64,000 nucleotides of DNA from a virus. Every line of letters begins with the position of its first letter. Position 1 is the stretch's first letter. The DNA is taken from positions 1 to 64,000 of the IMG/VR virus record IMGVR_UViG_3300023184_000072. One strand, given 5' to 3'. Under the pieces are notes generated by a model. It ran no database searches and was not told the origin of the DNA. It worked only from the letters and a program-made list of their open reading frames with translations. Shown here one piece after another: positions 8,987 to 17,213 of the stretch. A program made the position numbers and the translations under genes.

Positions 8987-9196
8987 TTAAGGAGCTGGTG
9001 TTGTAGTGGTGGTAGTAGTAGGTGCAACAGTAGTTGTTGTTGTAGTTGTAAAGTTACAACACTCTTTAGCATCTATTTCTTTCCAATTACCAACCTTCGG
9101 TTTAAATGCTTGTACAATTAAACTACTTGGTATAATACGTCCTGAACCATCAAAACGTACAAAAGCTTTAAGCTTATTATTGTTATTACTTCTCAT
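8987..9196 (-). CDS. RFDG-family paralog 4: conserved ~45-aa N-terminal module + poly-Thr tail
   Basis: LKAFVRFDGSGRIIPSSLIV...KPKVGNWKEIDAKECC then TTTTTTTVAPTTTTTTTPAP. Confidence 0.75.
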   Translation of the reverse strand: MRSNNNNKLKAFVRFDGSGRIIPSSLIVQAFKPKVGNWKEIDAKECCNFTTTTTTTVAPTTTTTTTPAP

Positions 9197-9198
9197 GA

Positions 9199-9402
9199 TT
9201 AAAGTGCTGTAGTTGTTGTACTAGTAGTTGGTGCTATAGTTGTTGTAGTGGTAGTAGTAAGGAAACAGCACTCATATGCATTTATTTCTTTCCACTTTCC
9301 TACCTTTGGCTTATTTTTTCTAAGGATTAAGCTTCCTGCAACTATTCTACCAGATCCATCGAATCTGACAAAAGCTCTTAAAGGTCTACTATTTAGGTTC
9401 AT
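9199..9402 (-). CDS. RFDG-family paralog 3: module + poly-Thr tail
   Basis: LRAFVRFDGSGRIVAGSLILRKNKPKVGKWKEINAYECC then a Thr run. Confidence 0.75.
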   Translation of the reverse strand: MNLNSRPLRAFVRFDGSGRIVAGSLILRKNKPKVGKWKEINAYECCFLTTTTTTTIAPTTSTTTTAL

Positions 9403-9520
9403 CTTCTATAATTGTATTAGTAGTTGTAGATGTTGTTGTTTCATCTACCACTATTGTTTCTTTACCAGTGATCTTACTCACTTTAGCCATTGTTTCTTTT
9501 AATTTTTCAAAATTTCCCAT
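9389..9520 (-). CDS. Small Thr-rich protein, 43 aa, not in the ORF track
   Basis: Hand translation MGNFEKLKETMAKVSKITGKETIVVDETTTSTTTNTIIEDEPK*; fills the gap between two paralogs. Confidence 0.5.
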   Translation of the reverse strand: MGNFEKLKETMAKVSKITGKETIVVDETTTSTTTNTIIEDEPK

Positions 9521-9534
9521 TAGTGTAATTTTAA

Positions 9535-9972
9535 TTAGTCAGCAAATGAATAAGCAACAAGTTCAGTTGAACCATTAGCAGCAAATAAAGCAGCTATAGT
9601 AGCATTAGGTGTATATGATAAACCTCCATCAATTGCTTTAAAACTACCAAGAAAATAATATCTACTATTATTGTATGCAGCTAACTCTTCAAAGCTATTC
9701 ACTGTAACATTATCATCAGATTGATTATACAAATACATATAAGGACTTGCATCATCATTTTCTACTACAAAATCTGGATAGCTAAAAGGAAAACTATCTT
9801 CTACAGCTACTACAATTGTTCTTTGATCTACATTACAGCATTCGTATGCTTGTGTTTCAATCCATTTACCCACTTTAGGTTTTTGACGTCTAAGTACAGT
9901 ACTTCCTGGTACAATTCTACCAGTTCCATCAAAGCGAGAATACGCTTTTAAGTCACGTTTGTTTGGTGTCAT
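9535..9972 (-). CDS. RFDG-family paralog 2: module + C-terminal domain of unknown function
   Basis: LKAYSRFDGTGRIVPGSTVLRRQKPKVGKWIETQAYECC followed by about 98 unrelated residues. Confidence 0.75.
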   Translation of the reverse strand: MTPNKRDLKAYSRFDGTGRIVPGSTVLRRQKPKVGKWIETQAYECCNVDQRTIVVAVEDSFPFSYPDFVVENDDASPYMYLYNQSDDNVTVNSFEELAAYNNSRYYFLGSFKAIDGGLSYTPNATIAALFAANGSTELVAYSFAD

Positions 9973-10002
9973 TTTTTTGTTTTTATTTATTATTAATTAA
10001 TT

Positions 10003-11262
10003 TTAACAAGGATTATTTAATGTTGTGAGTCCTACTTGCCAATAGTTTGTACCATCACAGTTTAATATTTTATTTGAGCTACCATTGCTAGTAGTTTTAT
10101 ATGTAATAGATGCTGGATCTACATAGCCTTTAGCTGTACCATCCCAAGCTTCTATACCTAGTTCTGCAGCAACTCTATCAATTCTACATGCATATCCATA
10201 ATAGAATATACCGCCAACTTGTCCTCCAGCAAATACCAATCCAATTATCTTTCTTACACCACCAAAATCAGCAATTAATGCAGATCCTGAATCACCAGAA
10301 TACACTGGATTAGCACAAATAGTAGATAGACTAGGATCATTTTCAGGTTTTACATATTTTATTGTATCAAGAAATGTAGCAGGTGTAGGAACTCCTTGTA
10401 ATTTATATGCTGGTGCTAGTGCTGTAAATAAAGCAAACACTCTTAATGCACAAGTTGCTCCACCTTTAGGTCCTGTAGTTCTTCCAGAACTATATAACAT
10501 TGGATTAGATGTCAATAAGTTATCTATTTCTGATGTAGAAGCAAATGGAAGAGGAAATGTATAATCATTCACTCCAGCTTGTTGATATGATGTTGCTATA
10601 TCTACATCTTCAGGATCTAAAGAGAATATTGCACCATCTACATAATTAAATCCATTTCCTGCTTTATGAATAGGTACATATCTTAATGATCTTCCAATTG
10701 TATAAGCAGGATCAGTAGGAATAGACCCACTTTCACCATTTTGATATATATAGTCTACTGGAGAATATTCATTTTGAATAACACCAGCTAGATTTTGTTC
10801 TGATGTATAGAATGCATCTTGTATAGTTACGTGGTTATTAGTAACACCTACTAATGTTTGTGTTTCTGTATGTACTGCTATGAATCCCATAGTTCCTACA
10901 CTATTTACATTGTTCTTTGATGTAATTGATAAACCACCTATTAACGGTCTTGTGAAAGCTCTATTATCAGCTGAGTTAGGTCCAGCTACTTGTCCACAAT
11001 AAGGATTACAAGCAAGTAATTCTGCTCTACTAACTTCATAAACATCTGTTCTTAACACTTGATCACCTATTACTATTTCATTAGGTAAGATTTCTTCTGG
11101 AGATAATTCAGATAGAGGTTTTTTCTCTTCTACACCATACATTATACAAAGCTCATCAGTTTGTTCTTTTCCAACAAACTTATATCCATAGGAAATACTA
11201 TTAACATTAGGAGTGGACAATGATAACTCTTGTACCTTTAATTTTATATCTTCAATATTCAT
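10003..11262 (-). CDS. Trypsin-like (S1, Nal1-like) serine protease with N-terminal prodomain
   Basis: Catalytic triad motifs TNNHV, VDGAI and GDSGS; GT.G, SGRTTG and IGLVFAG; prodomain G.K....T.E.CI..V..KKP...TDV.E. Confidence 0.8.
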   Translation of the reverse strand: MNIEDIKLKVQELSLSTPNVNSISYGYKFVGKEQTDELCIMYGVEEKKPLSELSPEEILPNEIVIGDQVLRTDVYEVSRAELLACNPYCGQVAGPNSADNRAFTRPLIGGLSITSKNNVNSVGTMGFIAVHTETQTLVGVTNNHVTIQDAFYTSEQNLAGVIQNEYSPVDYIYQNGESGSIPTDPAYTIGRSLRYVPIHKAGNGFNYVDGAIFSLDPEDVDIATSYQQAGVNDYTFPLPFASTSEIDNLLTSNPMLYSSGRTTGPKGGATCALRVFALFTALAPAYKLQGVPTPATFLDTIKYVKPENDPSLSTICANPVYSGDSGSALIADFGGVRKIIGLVFAGGQVGGIFYYGYACRIDRVAAELGIEAWDGTAKGYVDPASITYKTTSNGSSNKILNCDGTNYWQVGLTTLNNPC

Positions 11263-11264
11263 AA

Positions 11265-13247
11265 TTATAAAGATTCAAAGTGTGTGTAAATTGTATTAAA
11301 GCCTGATGGTGCTAATGTAGTAGTTGATGTTGTAGTTGCTGGTGTGTCAGAAATAAGACGTACAGATAAACCAACTTCTTTTCTAAAGTCTCCACCATAA
11401 GCATCATCATTGTTATAATCAAATCCTAAATTTTTAGCAGTTAATGGAGCAGTACCTGCAGTAGTTGTCCAAAAACCACCTCCAAAAGAAATATATGTAA
11501 AGTCTCCAACATAAGCATTACGAAGACCTCCTGGAAGAAATGTAAAACCAGTAGAATTAGTTGCACCAACATTTGGACTTGCCCAATGTACTGTTCCTGC
11601 TTCTTTCAATGGTCCTCCTGCAACTGACAATCCTCCTAAATAATTAACTAAAGTTGTACATTCAGCATCTGTTGGTATATGCCAACCTAAAGGAGCTATA
11701 TTTCTTGGGTCTGTAACTGCATACCAATTGTATAATTTACCATATGTACAACCATTATCATCATCATTATCATAGTAACACCATGCACCTGTTGTAAGAG
11801 CTGCCCATGCAGTAGGATCTTGAACTTGTGGTATCGGATCACCATTTTGATATGTATCTATATTTAAATTACATCCTGTCCATGTTTGAGTTCCAATAGT
11901 TACATCAGGTAAAGAACATGGTGGGCATGAATCTTTAATTAAGCGTACTGAGTTTCCGCTTCTTTTGTAATATCCTTTTTGTTCAAATAATTCCGATATT
12001 GTTAAATCATTCCAATTATATAATTCCCAATAGTATAAGGCATCAGTATATGCATCTGGGTAGAAGGGGGTGGTAGTCCAAAAAACGCCAAATAAGCCTA
12101 ACCCAGAAAATGTTCCATTTTCATTACTCCCACCAGGTAATCCTGTCCAACCAGAACTATTAGTAGCACCTAAATTATTAGGAAACCAATGATTAAATCC
12201 TGTTTCTTTTAATTTACCGCCAGCATCATTAACAGCTCCCGTACCTCCAGGGCTAAGGTAAGTCATTAATGTATAAAAATCACTATCAGTAGGAACATGG
12301 TATCCAGCTGGTGCTAATCCTCTTGGATCAGTTATAGCATATCCATTATATAATTTACCATAAACACAACCATTTAATGGATCATTATCATAATAACACC
12401 AAGCTCCAGTTGTTAAAGCAGCAAATTCTGCTGGGTCTTGTACTTGTGGTATTTCATCACCATCATTAGTAGTAAATGTATAATATTCTATATAAGGAGG
12501 ACCAGGTGCAACACCACCACCAGCAAATAACAATTTAATATTATTAACAGGTTTATTAAAATTTAAAGTGTATGTAAAATCTCCAACATTATTTCCTAAT
12601 ATAAGACAAGGAAGAGGAGTAGTTTTACCAGTACATGTAATAAAATCACCTGCATTATTTAAAGTGGGTCCAGAATATGTTGTATTAATAATTAAATCTC
12701 CATAAGTTACAGTACCAATACCACCAACAATAGCATTAGGTAATGCTACTACATTACATGAAGTGCAATCTAGAGGTGGTGTAACATCATCTAAACATAG
12801 AGAAATTGTTGATCCATCACCTCCTCCAGGTCCTGTTATTGTTATTTGAGTATAAGAATTAGTTGATCCCACTTGAACTAAACTAGCTCCTCCATTAGGG
12901 TTAGCATATGTAACTTCTAATACATTACCATTTAAAGTGGTTCCACATGATTCACCACACAAAGAAAGTGTAGGTGTTCCAGTTTGATACTTTGTAACAT
13001 CTAAATTACATCCAGTCCAAGTTTGATCACCTATTACTATATCGCCTAATGCACATATAGTTGGGCAAGGATAACCTGTAGTAGTGGTAGTAGATGTTGG
13101 AGTGATACAACATTCATATGAATTAACCTCTCTCCATTTCCCAACTGTAGGTTTGTTTTTTCTATATATAAGACTGCTTGGAACATCTCTCCCAGATCCA
13201 TCTATTCTAATATAAGCTTTTAAAAACTTTGCAGTTGGATTATTCAT
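11265..13247 (-). CDS. RFDG-family paralog 1: module + Thr linker + two FISUMP (Fibrobacter succinogenes major paralogous) domains + Thr tail
   Basis: N-terminal LKAYIRIDGSGR...KPTVGKWREVNSYECC; two copies of IG.QTW..NL, GAWCYYDND..NG..YGKLYN.YA, AGG.LKE.G..HW, GATNS.G...LPGG, FWTTT, SVRL. Confidence 0.85.
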   Translation of the reverse strand: MNNPTAKFLKAYIRIDGSGRDVPSSLIYRKNKPTVGKWREVNSYECCITPTSTTTTTGYPCPTICALGDIVIGDQTWTGCNLDVTKYQTGTPTLSLCGESCGTTLNGNVLEVTYANPNGGASLVQVGSTNSYTQITITGPGGGDGSTISLCLDDVTPPLDCTSCNVVALPNAIVGGIGTVTYGDLIINTTYSGPTLNNAGDFITCTGKTTPLPCLILGNNVGDFTYTLNFNKPVNNIKLLFAGGGVAPGPPYIEYYTFTTNDGDEIPQVQDPAEFAALTTGAWCYYDNDPLNGCVYGKLYNGYAITDPRGLAPAGYHVPTDSDFYTLMTYLSPGGTGAVNDAGGKLKETGFNHWFPNNLGATNSSGWTGLPGGSNENGTFSGLGLFGVFWTTTPFYPDAYTDALYYWELYNWNDLTISELFEQKGYYKRSGNSVRLIKDSCPPCSLPDVTIGTQTWTGCNLNIDTYQNGDPIPQVQDPTAWAALTTGAWCYYDNDDDNGCTYGKLYNWYAVTDPRNIAPLGWHIPTDAECTTLVNYLGGLSVAGGPLKEAGTVHWASPNVGATNSTGFTFLPGGLRNAYVGDFTYISFGGGFWTTTAGTAPLTAKNLGFDYNNDDAYGGDFRKEVGLSVRLISDTPATTTSTTTLAPSGFNTIYTHFESL

Positions 13248-13248
13248 A

Positions 13249-14265
13249 TTAATAGTCTAATTTATATTTTTCTTTTATTTCGTTTAGCTTAGTGGCATAA
13301 AACCACGTACAAAACTTTTTAGAATTCTCATTATTAAGAATCATGTCTAAGCTAGCATCTTTTGTAGGATCAGTTCCCATGTGATATTTGCCTTTATAGA
13401 AAGCTGGGTAACCATTTCCTGTTTCAGAAACTATTCCTGCATTATGAAAGATTGTGTGTGTGTCTAATTTTATAAGAGGATCTGTTGCCCAAGCAAAAGC
13501 TAGTTCAGGAACCACCTTTGTTTCTTGTTCTCTAAACCATAAGTTCCAAAGAACAGCCCACATATCAGCACACCAACTTTGATATCCTGAGTTTTCATCT
13601 TTAAAGAACTCTCTATTTATCTTCTGTAAATAAGTTCTTATAAGAATACAATCATTCATCACCTTACTCCAGAAATCACCATCTATATTCTTTAATAGAT
13701 ATTGTGCTCCTCCTGAATGATCATTGTTAGCTTCACAAACTTCTCTACTTATTCCTATTACACTTGCAATCTCTGCAAGGATGTCTCTAGATTTATATTC
13801 TTCTAGTTTCTCTGGTAACACTTGATGTATCTTACTATCAAAATACTTAGCATTGATATAACTGTTTGTATCTGATAGATAGTTTACATCATCTTCCAAA
13901 AATTGATCCACATTGAAATCTTTCATAAAAAGAATGTCAGAGTCACAATAGAAGATTGCTTTTTCTTTTAGTTCTGGATGTTTCTTGAAATGTTTCCAAA
14001 GAACATAAGGACGTAATACAGGAATGTATATTCCAATCAATTGATTTAGATTATCCTCATCTTCATAGAAGTGAAACTCAGCTTCTGGATATAGGTCTTC
14101 TATTTGTTTCCATTTATCTCTATTCTCTCTTCCTTTAGCAGCGAATATAAGATTGATTGCTTTGTCAGAATGTCCTATCTCTTTAAGACTTTCCATCCAA
14201 AGATTCACTTGCCATGTATAATAAATATCGCTTGGGCAAGCTTGGATAAACTTTAAATCTTTCAT
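13249..14265 (-). CDS. GT-A glycosyltransferase resembling plant hydroxyproline O-arabinosyltransferase / peptidyl-serine galactosyltransferase (GT95/GT96-like)
   Basis: YYTWQ, YIPVLRPY.L, YCDSD (DxD), GGAQY, WCADMWA and IFHN motifs. Confidence 0.6.
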   Translation of the reverse strand: MKDLKFIQACPSDIYYTWQVNLWMESLKEIGHSDKAINLIFAAKGRENRDKWKQIEDLYPEAEFHFYEDEDNLNQLIGIYIPVLRPYVLWKHFKKHPELKEKAIFYCDSDILFMKDFNVDQFLEDDVNYLSDTNSYINAKYFDSKIHQVLPEKLEEYKSRDILAEIASVIGISREVCEANNDHSGGAQYLLKNIDGDFWSKVMNDCILIRTYLQKINREFFKDENSGYQSWCADMWAVLWNLWFREQETKVVPELAFAWATDPLIKLDTHTIFHNAGIVSETGNGYPAFYKGKYHMGTDPTKDASLDMILNNENSKKFCTWFYATKLNEIKEKYKLDY

Positions 14266-14297
14266 AATGTAGTTGGTTTTAATTTTTGTTTTTTATA

Positions 14298-15125
14298 TTA
14301 AGAAATAGCTGTTACTACTCCATCTTTTATTTCTATACATCCTGTATTAATATTATAATTTCCATTAGGAAATGGTGTTGTTGCATTTTGATCTAACCAC
14401 ACTTCACATCCAATAGTTGGCCAAGAGTCTATACATGCTTGTGTCATCCAAACATCAAAATAATCAACTAAAGCACAAGAACTACCACCACATGATATAG
14501 GACAATTAACAAATGTATAATTAGTATTAACTAAACAATCTCCTAGATTTGTTACAATTAATCCTTCTGAATAAGTTAATGATCCTACAACCATACAATC
14601 TGTTAGTGATTGTCCACCACTTTCTAACCTACCTTGTATAAATATTCCATCACAACTTACATATGAATAATCCCAGTTAACACCTGGAGGATCTGCAGGA
14701 GGTTCAACATTATAAAAATTACAAGAATAATTACAAACATCTCCACATACACCATCATCTAATATTAAACCTCTAGTAAAAATAATTGAACCAGGAGAAG
14801 TACATAAATTTATAGTTATACCACTATCTATTGAAACATCCTTTATTTCATTTCCTAAACAATCTATATATGAATATGTTAAAGTATCATTTGTATTATT
14901 TATTAGTGTATAACAATTACAATTTATTGTAGTAGTGGTAGTAGTAGTTGTCGTAGGTGCAACTGTTGTGGTTGTAGTTGTTGTTGGAGCTACCGTAGTG
15001 GTGGTTGTAGTTGTTGTTACACATCCACAAGATCTAACACATATCAATCTTTCAAGTTGTTTTGATATCTGCCAAAGAAGATTTGTTGTTGTACTAGCAC
15101 CTATTTGTCTGCTTGGTATAGCCAT
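14298..15125 (-). CDS. MAIPSRQIG-family paralog 3: N-terminal module + long Thr stalk + Cys-containing repeat modules
   Basis: MAIPSRQIG..NLLWQISKQL, CxxxCxC, (T)9VAP(T)8VAP(T)10, then C..Y....Y..C.G...C modules. Confidence 0.8.
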   Translation of the reverse strand: MAIPSRQIGASTTTNLLWQISKQLERLICVRSCGCVTTTTTTTTVAPTTTTTTTVAPTTTTTTTTTINCNCYTLINNTNDTLTYSYIDCLGNEIKDVSIDSGITINLCTSPGSIIFTRGLILDDGVCGDVCNYSCNFYNVEPPADPPGVNWDYSYVSCDGIFIQGRLESGGQSLTDCMVVGSLTYSEGLIVTNLGDCLVNTNYTFVNCPISCGGSSCALVDYFDVWMTQACIDSWPTIGCEVWLDQNATTPFPNGNYNINTGCIEIKDGVVTAIS

Positions 15126-15135
15126 TGTTTATTTT

Positions 15136-15273
15136 TTATGATGTTGTTGTAGTAGTTGTGGTTGTTGAACATCCACAAGCACTTACACATTTTAAATATT
15201 GTAACTGCTTAGATATCTGCCAAAGTAAGTTAGCTTTAGTGCTCCATCCAATCTGTCTACTAGGTATAGCCAT
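15136..15273 (-). CDS. MAIPSRQIG-family paralog 2, 45 aa, not in the ORF track
   Basis: Hand translation MAIPSRQIGWSTKANLLWQISKQLQYLKCVSACGCSTTTTTTTTS*. Confidence 0.8.
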   Translation of the reverse strand: MAIPSRQIGWSTKANLLWQISKQLQYLKCVSACGCSTTTTTTTTS

Positions 15274-15280
15274 TGTTCTT

Positions 15281-15433
15281 TTATATTATAGGTAAAGTGG
15301 TTGTACTAGTAGTGGTTGTACAATTTGCACAAGCCTGAGCTGTAACATTAATAAGTTGCTCTAATTGCTTAGAGATTTGCCATAATAGGTTATCTTCTGT
15401 GCTCCAGCCTATTTGTCTAGATGGTATAGCCAT
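15281..15433 (-). CDS. MAIPSRQIG-family paralog 1, 50 aa, not in the ORF track
   Basis: Hand translation MAIPSRQIGWSTEDNLLWQISKQLEQLINVTAQACANCTTTTSTTTLPII*. Confidence 0.8.
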   Translation of the reverse strand: MAIPSRQIGWSTEDNLLWQISKQLEQLINVTAQACANCTTTTSTTTLPII

Positions 15434-15454
15434 AGTGTTTTTATTTTAATTATA

Positions 15455-15487
15455 CAAATGTATTAATAATTATTTTAATATTCCTAA
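15455..15487 (-). promoter_or_regulatory. Putative Bacteroidota promoter driving the Thr-rich paralog cluster
   Basis: TACATTTG (-7 consensus) at 15455-15462, with TTAG 21 nt upstream. Confidence 0.55.
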
Positions 15488-15505
15488 TATTTTTTAATAT
15501 CTTTT

Positions 15506-16330
15506 TTAAAAAGAGATTATTATAACTAATCCATCTCCTCCTTTGCCTCCATTTCCTCCTCCTAAAACTCCTGCTCCTCCATTACCTCCTCCTGAACCTA
15601 TACCTCCATTACCACCTATTCCACCAAATCCTACTGTAGAACCTCCTCCTCCAGCACCTCCTAAAGAGTAAAAAGGTTTCCAAGACATTATTCCATTTGC
15701 TCCATCACCTCCATTACCTACAGTTACAGCTGAACCACCTTGTATTAATGGAGATATGCTTGTAGCTAATATTGAACCTCCAGCAGCAGTTGTTAATCCA
15801 TTTTGCCAAGATCCAGGACATGTTATTTGAGATGTTAAAGGTGTTACATCAGAATTAGGTTGTGCTATTCCTTGTGTTGATGCAAAATTAGATAAGTTTA
15901 TAAAAGTAGCTCCTGTAGATGTAAGTACTGTTTCTCCAGCACTAGAAGAGGCTGCTATATTTCCTGATGCCATTATAATATTTTGTGCAGTAGTATTATT
16001 TGGTAATAAACTAACAAAACTTCTTGTGCCACTACCTCCTGATACTACAGTAGTAGTACCTATTGCTCCTGCACCTCCAAGTCCTACTTGAACATATAAT
16101 GAATCAGATAATAAAGAAGCATTAAATAATGCTCTAGTTACAGCTCCAGCTCCACCTCCATTAGTATAAGTACCTCCAAAAGGACTTGAACCACCAGCTC
16201 CACCACCAATACATATTATATAAACATAATTGCATTTTCTAGGTTTTTGCCATGTCTGCCATGCTCCACCACCACCATAATATATTTTTATGTCTTGTTG
16301 ATTATTTGGTATATGAGATAAATCTAACAT
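15506..16330 (-). CDS. Glycine-rich adhesin-like protein, paralog 3
   Basis: MLDLS start, WQTW.KPR, CIGGGAGG, poly-Gly repeats, GGDGLVIII end. Confidence 0.75.
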   Translation of the reverse strand: MLDLSHIPNNQQDIKIYYGGGGAWQTWQKPRKCNYVYIICIGGGAGGSSPFGGTYTNGGGAGAVTRALFNASLLSDSLYVQVGLGGAGAIGTTTVVSGGSGTRSFVSLLPNNTTAQNIIMASGNIAASSSAGETVLTSTGATFINLSNFASTQGIAQPNSDVTPLTSQITCPGSWQNGLTTAAGGSILATSISPLIQGGSAVTVGNGGDGANGIMSWKPFYSLGGAGGGGSTVGFGGIGGNGGIGSGGGNGGAGVLGGGNGGKGGDGLVIIISF

Positions 16331-16331
16331 A

Positions 16332-17213
16332 TTATAAACTTGTTGTTATTATTATAAAACCATCACCACCTCTTCCACCATTACCTGCATTCACTCCTGT
16401 GTTAGTAGAAGCTCCACCCCCCCCTCCACCAGTTCCTGATGCTCCATTACCTCCATTTCCTCCATTTGTACTTGCAGCAGAAGAACCCCCTCCTCCTAGA
16501 CCACCAAAAAGCATAAGTATTGGTTTATAAAAAATAGGACCATTAATTCCATTTGTATTTAATGCAGATGCTGCAATTCCTGGAAATACTCCTTGTGTTA
16601 TAAAAGCTCCACCAGCACCTGTACCTCCTCCTCCTGTTGCTCCAACTATAGGAGTTGCAGGAGTGATATTTGTACCTGCAGCAGTACCCCCTGCAGCTCC
16701 TGCAGCTCCTGCTTGAAAAGTAAATGTTCCTAAATTAGCAAAAATATTATTTGCAATTAATGATATTGTTTCTCCTGCTCCTGCTGTTCCTCCTGCTGTT
16801 GTACCTCCTCCTCCTGCTGTTGCAGGTGTAGTTCCTGAGCGTAAAACTACATTTGATACTGATGATGTATCAGGTATAAGACATACAAAACTACTTTGCC
16901 CTGAAGAGCCTGCTGTTGCAGTTGTTCCACCTAATCCTCCTGTTCCACCTATTCCAGGTAGTATGTAAAGTATATTTGGAAGTAAGTTTGCATCTATGGT
17001 TAATCTTGCAGTAGCTCCTGTACCTCCACCACCTCCACCACCTCTTGGTGTAGAAGCTGATTGTAATCCACCACCACCTCCAGCACCTGAACCTTGACAA
17101 ATAATACTGACAAATTTAGCACCTCTTGGTTTTATCCATGTTTGCCAAGTTCCTCCATTGAAGAAACCTTGTACATTTGAATTTTGATTTTGAAAATATG
17201 ATAGGTCTAACAT
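16332..17213 (-). CDS. Glycine-rich adhesin-like protein, paralog 2
   Basis: MLDLS...WQTWIKPRGAKF...GGDGFIIIT. Confidence 0.75.
   Translation of the reverse strand: MLDLSYFQNQNSNVQGFFNGGTWQTWIKPRGAKFVSIICQGSGAGGGGGLQSASTPRGGGGGGGTGATARLTIDANLLPNILYILPGIGGTGGLGGTTATAGSSGQSSFVCLIPDTSSVSNVVLRSGTTPATAGGGGTTAGGTAGAGETISLIANNIFANLGTFTFQAGAAGAAGGTAAGTNITPATPIVGATGGGGTGAGGAFITQGVFPGIAASALNTNGINGPIFYKPILMLFGGLGGGGSSAASTNGGNGGNGASGTGGGGGGASTNTGVNAGNGGRGGDGFIIITTSL

Noticed and set aside
11265-13247. Diversity-generating retroelement acting on the FISUMP domains
   Set aside because: No reverse transcriptase or adenine-specific template/variable repeat pair is visible in the window; the two domains differ at all base types
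8987-15433. CRISPR array or DNA-level tandem repeat array
   Set aside because: The repeats are conserved at protein level with synonymous divergence; there are no identical repeats with regular unique spacers
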